Source: Raillietiella orientalis (lineage: Eukaryota). From it: a stretch of DNA of 64,000 nucleotides. The DNA lies in the NCBI GenBank assembly GCA_036172245.1, contig JAYWIR010000030.1, positions 1 to 64,000 of the forward strand, given 5' to 3'. Each line of letters opens with the position of its first letter. Within the stretch, counting starts at the first letter, position 1. The translations under genes were made by a program, and so were the position numbers. The notes below the pieces were generated by a model, which saw only the letters and a list, made by a program, of their open reading frames with translations, was not told the DNA's origin and searched no databases. This document shows positions 1 through 11,710 of this stretch, in pieces.

Positions 1-279
1 GCAACGGGCGCCTTCATTTCGCAGGCTGTGCCGCAGACAGCGTGCGAAGTGCGCAGGAAGCCTCGTAAACCGAAACGTCGTCAGCCAATCGACTACGAAG
101 GTCACGTTGCCATCTGCCTTCTCTTTTCCGTCTTCTTTCACCATCTTGCGCGTGCTCCCTCGACTTTCTCTTCTGGGGTTGATTTCCGGATGCCTTCCCT
201 TCATCCTCATTCCCATCCCTTCGTCCTTTGTTCCAGCTGGATTCCTCAAAAAGCAACAGGCATCCCTCCTGGTTTGGCT

Positions 280-880
280 TTATGTTTCTGGAACGGCCTT
301 TCTTGCGTCCAGATGGGAATGCTTTTACTTTCTGGACATCCAGCGCCACGCCTCCGATTCCGGGAAACGAAAAGTCTCGGTTGCCGTATGCAGATCCCTC
401 AGCTTACCCACGAGCTTACCTAACCTCAGCCAACACGAGAGATGGCTCGGAGGCGTGCTCGCAATCCCTCGACTCCCCTGGGAAGATGCAGGACGGGCAC
501 GTGGTGGCCCCCGACACCACGCAGCCCGGCTGCTGTTTTTCTTCGAGATCCGCATCCGGGGGAGCGCCATCAGCCCTGCAATCTGGAGACGGACGCAGGA
601 AACTTGGAGAATCCTCAGGCAGGTGCACCTACCTCCTTCCTCATGATGCAGAGGGTGGCCGCTGCCCCCACACCGCATACCATCCACGTCTGTTGAGACG
701 GCATGGTTGCCAAGGAGGAAGTGTGAGCTTCCAGAGCTCAGGATGAACTTCGGGTTGAGTAAATCCCTTCAGCTTCTTTGTCTTTTTCTTCTATTTTGGG
801 AAGAAGCGTATCCTAGGAAACGATCTCGGCTAACATGGGCTTCGTCTGCTGAGTGGTGGCTTACGCGCCGCCCATTTTCT
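280..880 (-). mobile_element. Decayed non-LTR retrotransposon ORF1-like fragment, older paralog of ~9290-9890
   Basis: Clear but diverged nucleotide similarity to the reverse complement of 9290-9890 (e.g. CAGATGGGAA...CGCCACGCCTCCGATTCC...AAACGAAAAGTCT). ORF1 identity is inferred only from the paralog lying upstream of an APE-like relic. Confidence 0.4.
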
Positions 881-1284
881 GGAGCGGAGATGGGCGACGA
901 TCGGTTACCCGGCTCGCCTTGCGTCCGCCTTTGCGGGGATTGTGGCGAAGGTGGTCCCCACTTGTACCACTAAGACGTATCCAGGGAACCTGCTCACATC
1001 TCGGGGAGGCTGCAAAGAAAGAACGGCTTTCTCTCGCTCCCTTTTTCTTTTATTCAATTTATTCATGTTTCCGCTCTGTCCTTTCTGTCCGACCTGAGTA
1101 TGGGTTCAGTGGAATGGATGTCTCTCCAGAGCCGTCTTCCTCATCCGACGTGCTTGAAAGGTGACGCTGGCGCGAGCTGGGCGTCGGCTCCAAGTTCCAA
1201 GAGTTGTCCTTGACGCAACGTTGCGGACGACGCCTTGGTGCGCGCCAGCGCGTCCCCTCGCCAAGTGAGCATCCGGCCGCAACG

Positions 1285-2470
1285 GACCGACTGCGATGCT
1301 TAACATGAAGCCTCATCGTGCGACTATCAACTTCGACAGAATGTTACCTCGGTAGAGGAGAACATTTGGACGTTGTGCCCCTGCTCGCAAACCGTATTGC
1401 CTGGCTTCAGGAGTCAGTTGACGCGTGGGGGAAGATTGAAGGCTCGAGCGATGCGGAGCACGCCTGCCTGCGGGGGGAAACGACCAGCTCGTCAGTCTGT
1501 GCGGGAGATGTTGTGCAGCTCACGCAAGATGCGGTGGGTCTCGTCCACTCCTTTTGCCTCAGTAGAAGCAAGGGACAGTGACAATCCGGCAAGCTGGAAG
1601 AAACCTGCTGTACTGCAATACGAAAACGAAACTTCTGGGTGGGTGGACAACTCGGTAGGTGACGGACGCGGCAACCGCGAGTGTCTCACCACAAGGACTT
1701 CTACGCTGGGGCGATACCTCCGTCAGAGGTGAAGTGGCCCTTGGCATTCTGGAACGGTGGCGCTCTTCCCCTCAAGTGGCAGGAGGTGGCGTTGCTGGTG
1801 TTGCATGGGGGGATCCTGCACCAAGAGCGCCTCCATCGTTGTACACGAGGGGGGGAGTGTCGATGCGCATTGTGCGAAGTGCGGCCAGAAGCCAGTCTTT
1901 CGCGCACTTATTGACAGACTGCTCTTCCCTTCGACCCCTTTGGAATCGTCTCTCGACGATCCATCCTAGGAACTGCGCAGGGCTAACCCAGAGGCATTTT
2001 CCGGCACGTCTTCGTGCGGGCTGCACTGCCTCCAGGTGCGTCCCTCGCAGTCCTCTGTTGCCTTCAGCGGGGAAGTGACGACCTGGAACGCAGGAATAAG
2101 AGGCCAGAATGGGAGAGGCTCCATCTACCGGGCGAGAATCTTTTCAAGGACCGTCACCAGATGGCCTTATGTGGACAACTTAAAAACAGCACTTGTCAGC
2201 ATCCTGAGCGAGATGCAGAGGACGCCTCTCAACACGGAGGAATTCCTTCCTCCGCTTTCCTGTCCCGGGAAAAACTCTCCCTCCTTTTTTCGTTTGTTTG
2301 ATTTTTGTTGTTCTTTAAACCATCGCTGCCGAAGTGGACTTCGCCTGTCTGAGCACCGGGAATTTGCTTGTTTCGGTGCACGTGGTAGAACCACGCGTTC
2401 TATCACCTTCCTGTAATTTTTGTTACCGTATTTTTATTATTCTATTTAATAATCAATTAGCCATAAAAAG
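1285..2470 (+). mobile_element. 3' part of a decayed L1/Tx1-clade element: ORF2 C-terminal zinc-finger region plus 3' UTR
   Basis: Frameshifted peptide WPLAFWNGGALPLKWQEVALLVLHGG...CALC...HLLTDCSSLRPLWNRL fits the CxxC...H-L-x-x-C-x5-W C-terminal motif of L1-like ORF2. It is followed by a T-rich, hairpin-containing UTR. Copies at ~14925-16110 (minus) and ~34931-36117. Confidence 0.8.
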
Positions 2471-2499
2471 CGGATGGAAAACCTGTGTGTCGGTGAACG

Positions 2500-4080
2500 C
2501 TCCACGCGGACTCCTACCTGTGGCCGTTGGCATCCGGGTTTACGAGCGTTTTCAAAGAAGCGACCTCCCCGGAGTAACTGGGTGAAAACGGGAAGCTCGG
2601 TCAATGCTGCCTACGGGCGCGGGCGTCTCCTCTGCTTGCAACGTTTGCATTTCTTTTCGCTTCTTTTTCTCTCCTCCGCATCCTTCGGCGCTTTTCCGTT
2701 CTTCCTGGCCCGTCCTGCGGGTGAACCTGGTGTGGCCCTTCTGGATAGACCGCCGCCGACTCGCGATGAAGGAGAACCGTTTCTTGAAGCGCCTCACTTC
2801 CTCAAAGTGACCGCGAACCTTCTCCCTGTCCCTTCCGCTTCCCTACGCGGGGAGACGGGGGCGTCGTCCCATTCCTGCAGCAAGGGGAGAGGGTGGGTTC
2901 CCGGCAGAGCACCGCGGCGCGCTTTTCCCATCCTCCCCGTCACCTTCGGGGTTCCGCCTGCGCCAGACGGCGCGCTCCTCGAGGGATGCCGTGCAGTTTG
3001 CGCGTCCCGCGACCCGGGGCGGTGGTAGTCCTTCAGATGAATCACGCGCAAGCGGTCCACCTCCGAGAGAAGAACGTTCTGCCCTTTCGGGAAAGTGCAG
3101 TGCTCGTTGGGTGCCGCCGCCTGCCATGCATCACTCCCGCTCGCAGGCACGAGGGAGGTCCTCTAACGCATCCTTCAGCTCGGTCAGCTCGTTTCCTTGG
3201 CACTCCGAATCGGCGCTTCTGCTGCTGCACTGGAGCTTCCCGCCGATCTCACTGGACTCGGTGGGGGGAAGGGGGGAGGGGATGCCAACTCGAACAGATG
3301 CGGGGAACACGAATCCCTCACGTAACCCATGGACGATGCACACTTCGGTAGGTTGATGGCCGATCCCGGAGGTGCTGCAATATGGGATCATCCCGAGACG
3401 GGAGAGGAGCAAGCTCCAAGCATCCCGTCCACTTCCAAAAAGAAGACGGATCGTCTTTCGCCTTCGGGAACGGTTTTCAGTGGGCAGCGCGACAAAAGAG
3501 CAATCTGGATCGCAAGGTGGTAGAGTCATTGTCCAGGTTATTAAGAGGAGCTCGCCGGCATTTTTCGAAGGATGCAAGAACCCCGCATCGCTGTTTGTGA
3601 TCGCATCTTTCCCTCTCCCAGTTTCGGCAGACAGTACTGCAGCATAGGATGTGACTTTCAATCTAGACCATTTCCTGGAATCCTGCAGCAGCACTTCCGA
3701 ACGATGCGCAGGTCCTGCAAGGCACAAAGTTCTCCTGGGGTCTCTTGGAAGGTGGACAACCAGGTTTCCACGGTCTCCTGTTTTGAGACATTGAAGTTCC
3801 TCAGACGGCAGGCGATCCAGCGACCTCGCCGCAGAGTTCAAGACGTTCACCTCACAGGATATCCGTACCTCTTCACCTCTGGGGGCTCGCGCGTTTGTAG
3901 TTGGGCCTTCGTGACCTGCGCGACACCGGCAAATGAAGCGGGCGGGTGCACAGAAACGGGAGCACAAAAAACCGTACTTCCGAAGCAAACTTTCAGACCC
4001 AGCTCATCCAGCTGGACGATGTCAAGCTCAGCATCCGGACGCGTCTCCATCAAGCCCTTGAGGTGAATCCTTGACCTCAT
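2500..4080 (-). mobile_element. Decayed 5' part of an L1/Tx1-like element (ORF1 zinc knuckles, start of APE endonuclease)
   Basis: LQCLKTGDRGNLVVHLP resembles a degenerate CxxCGxxGHxxxxCP knuckle. LLLITWT resembles the ORF2 start (ISWN) and CMAGG resembles ILAGDFN, in the expected order. Mirrored at ~13320-14900. Confidence 0.55.
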
Positions 4081-5250
4081 AGGTCCTTGGGAGCTCTTCG
4101 TGCAGCCGGCGTTTTGTCCAGAGCTTTACGGATCGGAAAGGAGAGGAGGGAACCAAAGGTGCTCCAGGTGGTGGTGGTCCGTTCCAGCAAGAGAAATTCA
4201 TCATCCAGAAACCGATCTCAGCCTTCTGAACCAGCTCATCATTGACGTGCACATCTCGTACCTGTCCAGCTGTTTGGCAGGATGTCTCTGCAGAGAATCG
4301 CCGTGGAATCGACCACATGGGCTCGCGCATCCTCCACATTTTCGGCTGCGGCGTGCAGTCTCCTCCATAGGAAAGAAACGACGGCCTCCTTGCAGAGAGG
4401 TGGGAGTTCTGCACCGTCGCGGAAGTCGGTGCAGGAAATGAATGCTCCTACACGACGGTGCTGGCTGACGCGAATACGCCCTGCTGGCAGGCGGGAGGAC
4501 TCCATCGATGGGTGGAAATTTTAAGCATGCCCCCGGATGAACTCCGTGTCCCTCCCCTCTGTGTCCCGACAGTTCTGTCGCCCCCTCTTCGATGGCAACA
4601 CGACGTGATGCTGTTCTTGCTTCGGGGTCTCTCCTGCAGCGAACGCATGGAAAATGTGACCAGTGGTAGGTGGGAAGTTTCAGCGGAGTATCGAGTGCAG
4701 GGAGATCGAATCGCTCCCCTACCTGATGATGAATCGCGGAGCCCTCAGTCAGTCGTGCGATCGGCTCTCTTCAACGCTTCTGCACCTGCAAAGTACGTCG
4801 ATTCATCTCCTGCGCCCGTTTCTTCACGCGAGAGGAACTCTTTCGTGTGCATCGCGTTCCCGCCACGTTGTGCGGAGACTATGGCGTGTCCACGTCCCGC
4901 TGTTCGCTGAAGCAGCACCAGCGGCAGCGAGAGACCGCCTGCATCGCTGTGGCCCTACCTGAGGGAAGCGCGCAGGTGGCCTCACCTGAAACCGGAAGTC
5001 ACCAAGATCTCGGAAGATTCAGAAGATAGGCAGCAAACCCGGTGTTTCCATCCCCACCCACCTCTTATTTATTTGTCCGTTCCCTCAGTCTCTAAATGCT
5101 GAAGGCAATTTGTTCTTTTCCCTTCAGGGTCGGCCAGTCTTCACAGCTGAACTTCTTTTTTTTTCAAATATGCATGCACCACCCTAGGAACCGTGTTCTC
5201 TATTTTTTGATGTTTTGGTTTTTTTTTTTTCATTATAATAAACGCCCCGA
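4080..5250 (+). mobile_element. Second decayed L1/Tx1-like ORF2 3' end plus UTR
   Basis: WVEILSMPPDELRVPPL...PLRWQHDVMLFLLRGLSCSER...SLPYLMMN aligns by eye with the 203-aa ORF at 24365-24976. Ends in AATAAACGCCCCG at 5237-5249. Mirrored at ~12147-13320. Confidence 0.75.
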
Positions 5251-6520
5251 ATCATCCGAGTGGAAAGTCCTTTGAAAAGTCCGCTCATCCGCCACACCTC
5301 TGGTGGTCTCGCTCTGTCTTCCCTATGAGAAAGCAGCCACAGTCGCCATATGGCAAGATGGCAGCTCTCCTGCACGATCACAGCAGAAGAGAAACTTCCG
5401 GGCGAGTGCCTCTCCATGCAGCTGGTGAACGTGGCCACGCCCGGCATCCACGCGAAAAGACTGCGGGCGCATGGAAGATTCGGGTGTGTACTCGGAAGAA
5501 CTGCTCGCTCCTTCCCCAGGCTGGCGCACTCCCGTGTTCCCCCCTCGGTGGCAACACGACCTGGTGCTTCTCTTGCACTGGGGTCGCCGCCCTTCAGCAA
5601 GCTCCTGCACCAGGTGAAGGCGGGAGGATTCTCCAAGGAAAGTGTCAGGTGCGTGGTGAGCGAATCTCCCTGTTACGAGGATGAAGTCACCCGCCCTGCC
5701 GACCGGCAGCCGCCGTTTGTCCAGAGGGGAGGACAGCCACGCGGCTAGGATAGGGTGTGGCAGCGACTCAGGCTCACTACTTCTGGACCCTTCCCGTTCC
5801 CTCCAGGGAGACTTCCCCCAAGTTCACGGGCCTCTTCCTCCCCACGTTGTGGTCCACGGGAAGGCGGGAGGTGCATCGGCGATTCTCCGAGGAATCGGCG
5901 ATCCGCCTCAGCTGGAACGCAAGCGTTTTCATGCGAGGTGGCAACGGCGCCGCGCCTTCGCCATCGACCTCGCGCCCCAGGGCACCTTCCACGCGCAGAC
6001 TGACACCCATGCAGCACCCACTCATCGTCAGCTGCCCGGCCTCCGGTCTTCAAGCTCATTCGCGCCCGCATCTTCCTGGAAGAAAGGATGCCGGCAGTTC
6101 CCTGCATCCTTCTTCAGGAAGACGTGAGATGTTCGAGGCGACTTCCGGTGTCCCGCCGTGTTTCCTCCGGCTGGTCGGTCTTCCCTGCGCCTCGCGCCCC
6201 GCTTCGCGCTGCGGACAGGAGCAGCCGCAGGAGGAACGCAGCGAATATTCGCCAAGCGAACCTCGCAACCCCGGAGCGGAGACAACACGCGCCATCTCCG
6301 CCTTCCGGGTGCCAGTCGCCCCCGCTCCTTTGGGCTAGCTGCGTACGAATTCCGCGCTCCTCAATCCCAACGATGTTTCCGTTCGAGGGCCGCACCGGCC
6401 CTTCTCGCGAGGGGGTCCCTTGCCTACCGCCGATGTCGCAGCGCCACGTTGCACCCGCGGCGTCCTGAAAGGCCCGCCGCTCGCTAGAGCTGCAGCGACG
6501 CCAACGCAAGGCGCCATTTA

Positions 6521-8780
6521 CGACCTGACTTTAGCGGGCGTCGGCGACAGTCGGCGCGGGAACTGCAAAGAAGGCATCCTTCATGACGCATGAGAAGCTC
6601 TTAAAGGGGGGGGAGGGCGCTGGAGGGAAACGAGGAGGTGCAAGCGGAGGGAAGAAGATAGGAGTGCGAGAACAGTGTGCGGAAACAACCCTGGACACCG
6701 GTGTTCGAACGATGCAGACTTTGTTGAGCTTGTCGAATCCTCACGTCCAACTGGACGCCAGCCACGTCTCTGAGAAAGGATGCGGACTCGTCGAAGAAGA
6801 CGAACGACCGGGAGTGGCGCCTGTCGCTCAGCGGGATCATCGACAGCAATCGGAGAGTAGAAAAAGCGCGGATGTTCGCGGACGGTGGTGCATAACAGTG
6901 ACCTAGCGTGTCGCGCGCAAATCTGTGCGTCGAGCACCAGCTGCCGGTGAGTTGCCCTTCGGCGACCAATCGCCTCCGATTTGCTCTGCATCCACCATTG
7001 CAGCGAGGTGAGAGGCAACGCAAACCTCCTAAAGAGGCTTCTCTTTAGCACCAAAAACCCAACCCGCCTTTCTCCCCGTTGCTTCCGCGACCGTTCCCAC
7101 GTACCGGCAGTCGTGCAAGCTTCACGCCATGCGGTTCCTGGAACCTTGCGTGGCTGCTTCCTCCGCTCCTGGTCCAGAGCTTCCGTTGTTGAGGATTTCC
7201 TCCCTGTGATGGAGAAGAGTTGAACGTTTTCGATCATCCTGTCCATTGTCTTCCATAAAGGATTGTGCATAACCCCACGATTCCAAGAGACTCCTGTCCT
7301 CCCATTTGAAAATTCTGTTTCCAATCAATTGAGAAACACTGCAGCGTTTCCATGGTTCCCATTTTCCCCGGAAGAAAGCAGAAGTGACTCTTTGTGTTCC
7401 TCCCGGCTAGTGCGATGGCGAACGGTTAGCTCTACCTCCTTTCTGGAATTAAAAAAGAAAAGGCAACCAAGCTTCCTGCAACCAAGAGACGGGATTTGGG
7501 GTCGTGCGCAGCGCTGAACAACATCCTTCTTTTCGTCGGAAGAGCGAAAGTGAGCAGGAATGTTTGCCTTTCCCACGGACATGCAATGCAAGCGCTGCGA
7601 TGCCAGTTCTGCCAGTGTAGCCGCACGTCAATACCTTCGCAATGGCGTGCACAATTCCGACGCCAGTGGACGAAGCATCCGGTTTTCCTGATTGCAGAAG
7701 GACGTAGGCGGTCAGGGGGGGCACCGTCGCCCCAACGAAAAGACATCAACAGCGTGGGGTCGCTTTTTCAGCGGTTGCCCATCGTGATTCCATTTTTTCA
7801 AAGCGGCTGACCTAATCCGCGAAGAGCAATCCAGATGAGGAACTGAGGGCAGAGCACGCACGAGAGCAAACTGTCCACTGTGAAAGAGGGAACTCCGTTT
7901 TCCACCGTGCAGTGGACGTCGGGCCTTTTTCTTGTGGTGGAACGATGAGAGGAAGGTTGTAGTCCAAGGTTTCTGCAACACTTCTCGGAGGTGAGATTTG
8001 CGAGGACGCACACCGCCATCCACCTGCACCGAAGCGAGGTGAACACACGACGGCACCTGAAGTCGCCAATGGAAAATTGGAGAGAACTTTGTTGCTATGG
8101 ATTACGCGGTATTTGCACCAAAAGTCGACCATCCAGCACGGAAGCAGCCTTTAATTCTTCCCTCCTTTGTACTTCCGCCCCCCTCCGCTACTGGCCTCTT
8201 TCCTCCTACGAATACGCTTTTTCGTTTTGGAAAGGACGCGGCCCCTGCTTCAGACTCCTTTCTATGCGTTTCCTATCAGCACACTTGGAAGCGTCCTTTC
8301 AGACATCCGTAATCTTTCATGTTGAAATGGGCACGACTTGGCCACAGACCACCCTTTCCAGACATGATGCACAAAATTCAATGGGTGCATTAGTGCACGA
8401 GGAACCGAAACACCAGAAGAAACAACATGACCGCAGTCGACTGCTGACTTGCTTACGGAAACCGATCGCGATGGATTCAGGCGGAAATGCAGTCGCCAAG
8501 CGCAACTCGCGAAATGGATATTTGTGGTTGCTGTGCGCCATTGCAAACAGCCACGTGACAGCGACTCATGAGGAAACCTCGCTCTCCACATGACACCGTC
8601 ATGAAGCTGAGTAGAATGAGCGGCGAATGGGAGTGCACCCGCAGGAAGATTGCGGTATCCCGAAGCTTTTCAGCGTCTCCTCGTATCCGCAACCACTGAA
8701 GTTTCCCCATGGCTGCAGAATTCGCTCCGTGTTCTTGAGAAAGATTCATGAAGGAAAGAAGAGCAGCTGCGGAACAGCGT
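6521..8780 (-). mobile_element. Decayed reverse-transcriptase region of an L1/Tx1-clade ORF2
   Basis: Frameshifted motif relics in correct order: VDFWCKY (PGxDGxxxEFY), GGWR...LPLIVPPQ...GKRS (WRPISLL...LPxII.PxQ...GRS), LKKWNHD (KAFDRVxH), LGRRCPP/AYVL (RQGCPLSPxLYVL), FSITGRK (LSxxGR), RGERRVG (GGLG). Copy at ~17394-19670. Confidence 0.65.
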
Positions 8781-10320
8781 GAATACGAAAAGTGTTCTTC
8801 TTGTACCTTCTGTATTTTGCAAGGTGGATAATAAAAAGTCTCGGAGCAAATCCTCGCGCCAAAAGAATTGTGGGAAGGGAATAGAGCAACATTCTTCAGT
8901 AATTGAGAAAACTGGGTAGGCAACAAAAAGAGGGAAGCAGGGGATGAAACTGCTCTGATAATGAAGACGCGGAAAAAGGAAGGGGGATGAAAAAGCGGGA
9001 GAAAATAGGGGTACGATGAGAGACCTAGGAATCAAGTTAAGAAGGTGATGAAGAAAGGGAGGCTGGTCGTTGGAAGGAGAAAAAGCGACAGGCAGAGCGA
9101 AAGAAGATGGCGGAACGAAGGAAACGATCAGAATGGTTTGGCAAGAAGGGGACAAGAAGGGGAAAACAGGGAAGAGCCTTCCGAGATTTCGGGTGTCCGG
9201 AAGCCACGGTATTAGTTTTTGCTTTCGCTCTTCTTGCTTCCTTTCCCCCCCCCCCCCTTTACATCGACATCGCCACGCAAATGGGCAGCGCGTAACTCAC
9301 CAGTGCCACTCGGCAGACGAAGCCCACGTTAGCCGAGATCGTGTCCTAGGATACGCTCCATTCCAAAAAAAAAAAAAAAGAAAAGGACCGAGAAGCTGAA
9401 GGGATTTCCTCCACGCGAAATTGATCCTGTGCTCTGCCAGCTCCTATTTCCTGCTTGGAAGCCATGCCGTCTCTCAAGACCTGGCTGGCGTGCGGTGTGG
9501 GGGCAGCAGCCACCCTCTGCATCTTGAGGAAGGAGGTAGGTGCACGTGCCTGGGGATTCTCGAACTTTGCTGCGTCCGTTTCCAGATCGCAGGGCTGATC
9601 GCGCACACCTGGAGGCGCTCCCCTGATGCGGACCTCAAAGAGGAAGAGCAGCCGGGCTGTGTGGTGTCGGGGGGCACCACACGTCCGTCCTGCATCTTCC
9701 CATGGGAGTGGGAGGGTTGCGTGCACGCCTCCGAGCCACCTCTCGTGGTGGTGTGGGTAAGCTGAGGGAGTGGCATGCGGGCAAGTCAGACTTTTCGTTT
9801 TCAGGAATCGGAGGCGTGGCGCCGGATGACGGGAAAGTGAGAAAGTTCCCATCTGGACGGACGGGGGGCCGTTGCAGAGAAGAATAAAACAAAACCAGGA
9901 AAGATGCGTTTTAGAGAATCGGACTGGCACAAGGGAGGAAGGGGTGGAAACGGGAAGGAAAGGGGGCAAAAGAAAGAAAGGCAAAGAAAAGTGACTCGGA
10001 AGACAGAGAGATGGCGGCGGCGGCGGAGGAATCGAACGTGAAAAAAAGCAGGTGAGCAGGAGGAAGGAAGGGAGCTGACTGACGAACGGAGGGGAGGGAG
10101 CAGACAAACGGGATGAGTCAACCGAAGAAGGTGGAAAAAAGTGAAAAGCGGCAAACCAAGATGTGGGACGAAGAAGCAGTTGCCGTGAAGACGAAGATGG
10201 TGTTGACAGGAACGGAAAACGAAAGGAAGACGAACAAAAAAAAATGATTTTTTCACGAAGTCTAAGCTTCCGGGATTTACGAATTTCAGGGGTTGTCAAC
10301 TTGAAAAGTGAGACGTGCAC
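6521..10320 (+). repeat. Segment B, first copy of a ~3.8-kb direct repeat
   Basis: Matches 17394-21194 with an offset of ~10873 (identical ORFs 6583..6906 and 17456..17779). Confidence 0.96.
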
Positions 10321-11710
10321 TTGTCCCCTCGCCCTCAGCGGTGCTGACCAGGCACCGGTGCGATTTCATCTTTTAATTTCTTCCGTTCGGTTCTTGTTCC
10401 CTACCTTCTGAAGTTCTTTGTCTTTTTGTGTGCCCAACCCGCTCAGTGGATGGATGGTCCATTTCCCCTTCGAGGCGTCACCGGCTGACAGTGGCACCAG
10501 CAAGTTCGCAGTGCTCTTAGGGGAAGACGTCTACACCTCAGAAGTCCGGTCCGGCTGCTTCTGGTAGCCTTTTCTTCCGGTCACTCCGGGACGTTTCTCC
10601 ATGAAAAATGCAAAGGAAAGGGGTAGTCGTTTTCCTTGTAATTCCAGAAAAGCGGACGCAAAAAGGTGCTCAATCGGTCAGGTCAGCTGCTTGTTCGTTG
10701 CAGCGGTAGAGCAGGTAGGGTGGATGACCGACCTGCCGCAGGACGACGGAGGTGGACACCGGGATCACCACGCGTCTCCCGCAGACTGCGCAAGACTTTG
10801 GCGATTTGCCTGCTGACCTCGTTGGCACCACCCGCAAGCCTTCTATGGAAAAGGGAAGTAGCGAATGAGACGGCGATGCAGGGCGCCTTGCGTTGGCGTC
10901 GCTGCAGCTCCAGCGAGCGGCGGGCCTTTCAGGACGCCGCGGGTGCAACGTGGCGCTGCGACATCGGCGGTAGGCAAGGGACCCCCTCGCGAGAAGGGCC
11001 GGTGCGGCCCTCGAACGGAAACATCGTTGGGATTGAGGAGCGCGGAATTCGTACGCAGCTAGCCCAAAGGAGCGGGGGCGACTGGCACCCGGAAGGCGGA
11101 GATGGCGCGTGTTGTCTCCGCTCCGGGGTTGCGAGGTTCGCTTGGCGAATATTCGCTGCGTTCCTCCTGCGGCTGCTCCTGTCCGCAGCGCGAAGCGGGG
11201 CGCGAGGCGCAGGGAAGACCGACCAGCCGGAGGAAACACGGCGGGACACCGGAAGTCGCCTCGAACATCTCACGTCTTCCTGAAGAAGGATGCAGGGAAC
11301 TGCCGGCATCCTTTCTTCCAGGAAGATGCGGGCGCGAATGAGCTTGAAGACCGGAGGCCGGGCAGCTGACGATGAGTGGGTGCTGCATGGGTGTCAGTCT
11401 GCGCGTGGAAGGTGCCCTGGGGCGCGAGGTCGATAAAGGGCGCCAGCCGTTGCCACCCTCGCATGAAAACGCTTGCGTTCCAGCTGAAGTAGGGATCGCC
11501 GATTCCTCGGAGAATCGCCGACGCACCTCCCGCCTTCCCGTGGACCACAACGTGGGGAGGAAGAGGCTCCGTGAACTTGGGGAAGTCTCCCTGGAGGGAA
11601 CGGGAAGGGTCCAGAAGTAGTGAGCCTGAGTCGCTGCCACACCCTATCCTAGCCGCGTGGCTGTCCTCCCCTCTGGACAAACGGCGGCTGCCGGTCGGCA
11701 GGGCGGGTGA
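9270..11710 (+). mobile_element. Decayed 5' half of an L1/Tx1-like element (ORF1-like region followed by APE-like region)
   Basis: Weak APE-like relics FAVLLGE (xxLQET), VSCLF (GVAIL), LLTSLAP (NVYAP), DWHP (DxWRxxHP), in the expected order downstream of a putative ORF1. Confidence 0.45.

Larger units (their letters stand above)
1..6515 (+). repeat. Left arm of a 6.5-kb near-identical inverted repeat (segment A)
   Basis: Reverse complement of 10882-17394: base 1 pairs with 17394 and 6515 with 10882. Mirrored ORF pairs sum to 17395-17399 (14..349/17046..17381, 1059..1316/16079..16336, 6088..6468/10929..11309). Confidence 0.97.

Noticed and set aside
11430..11500. Clustered indel differences between repeat copies (also ~18790-18900, ~20520-20650) as biological hypervariable sites
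   Set aside because: The pattern looks like long-read consensus error and cannot be judged without reads.
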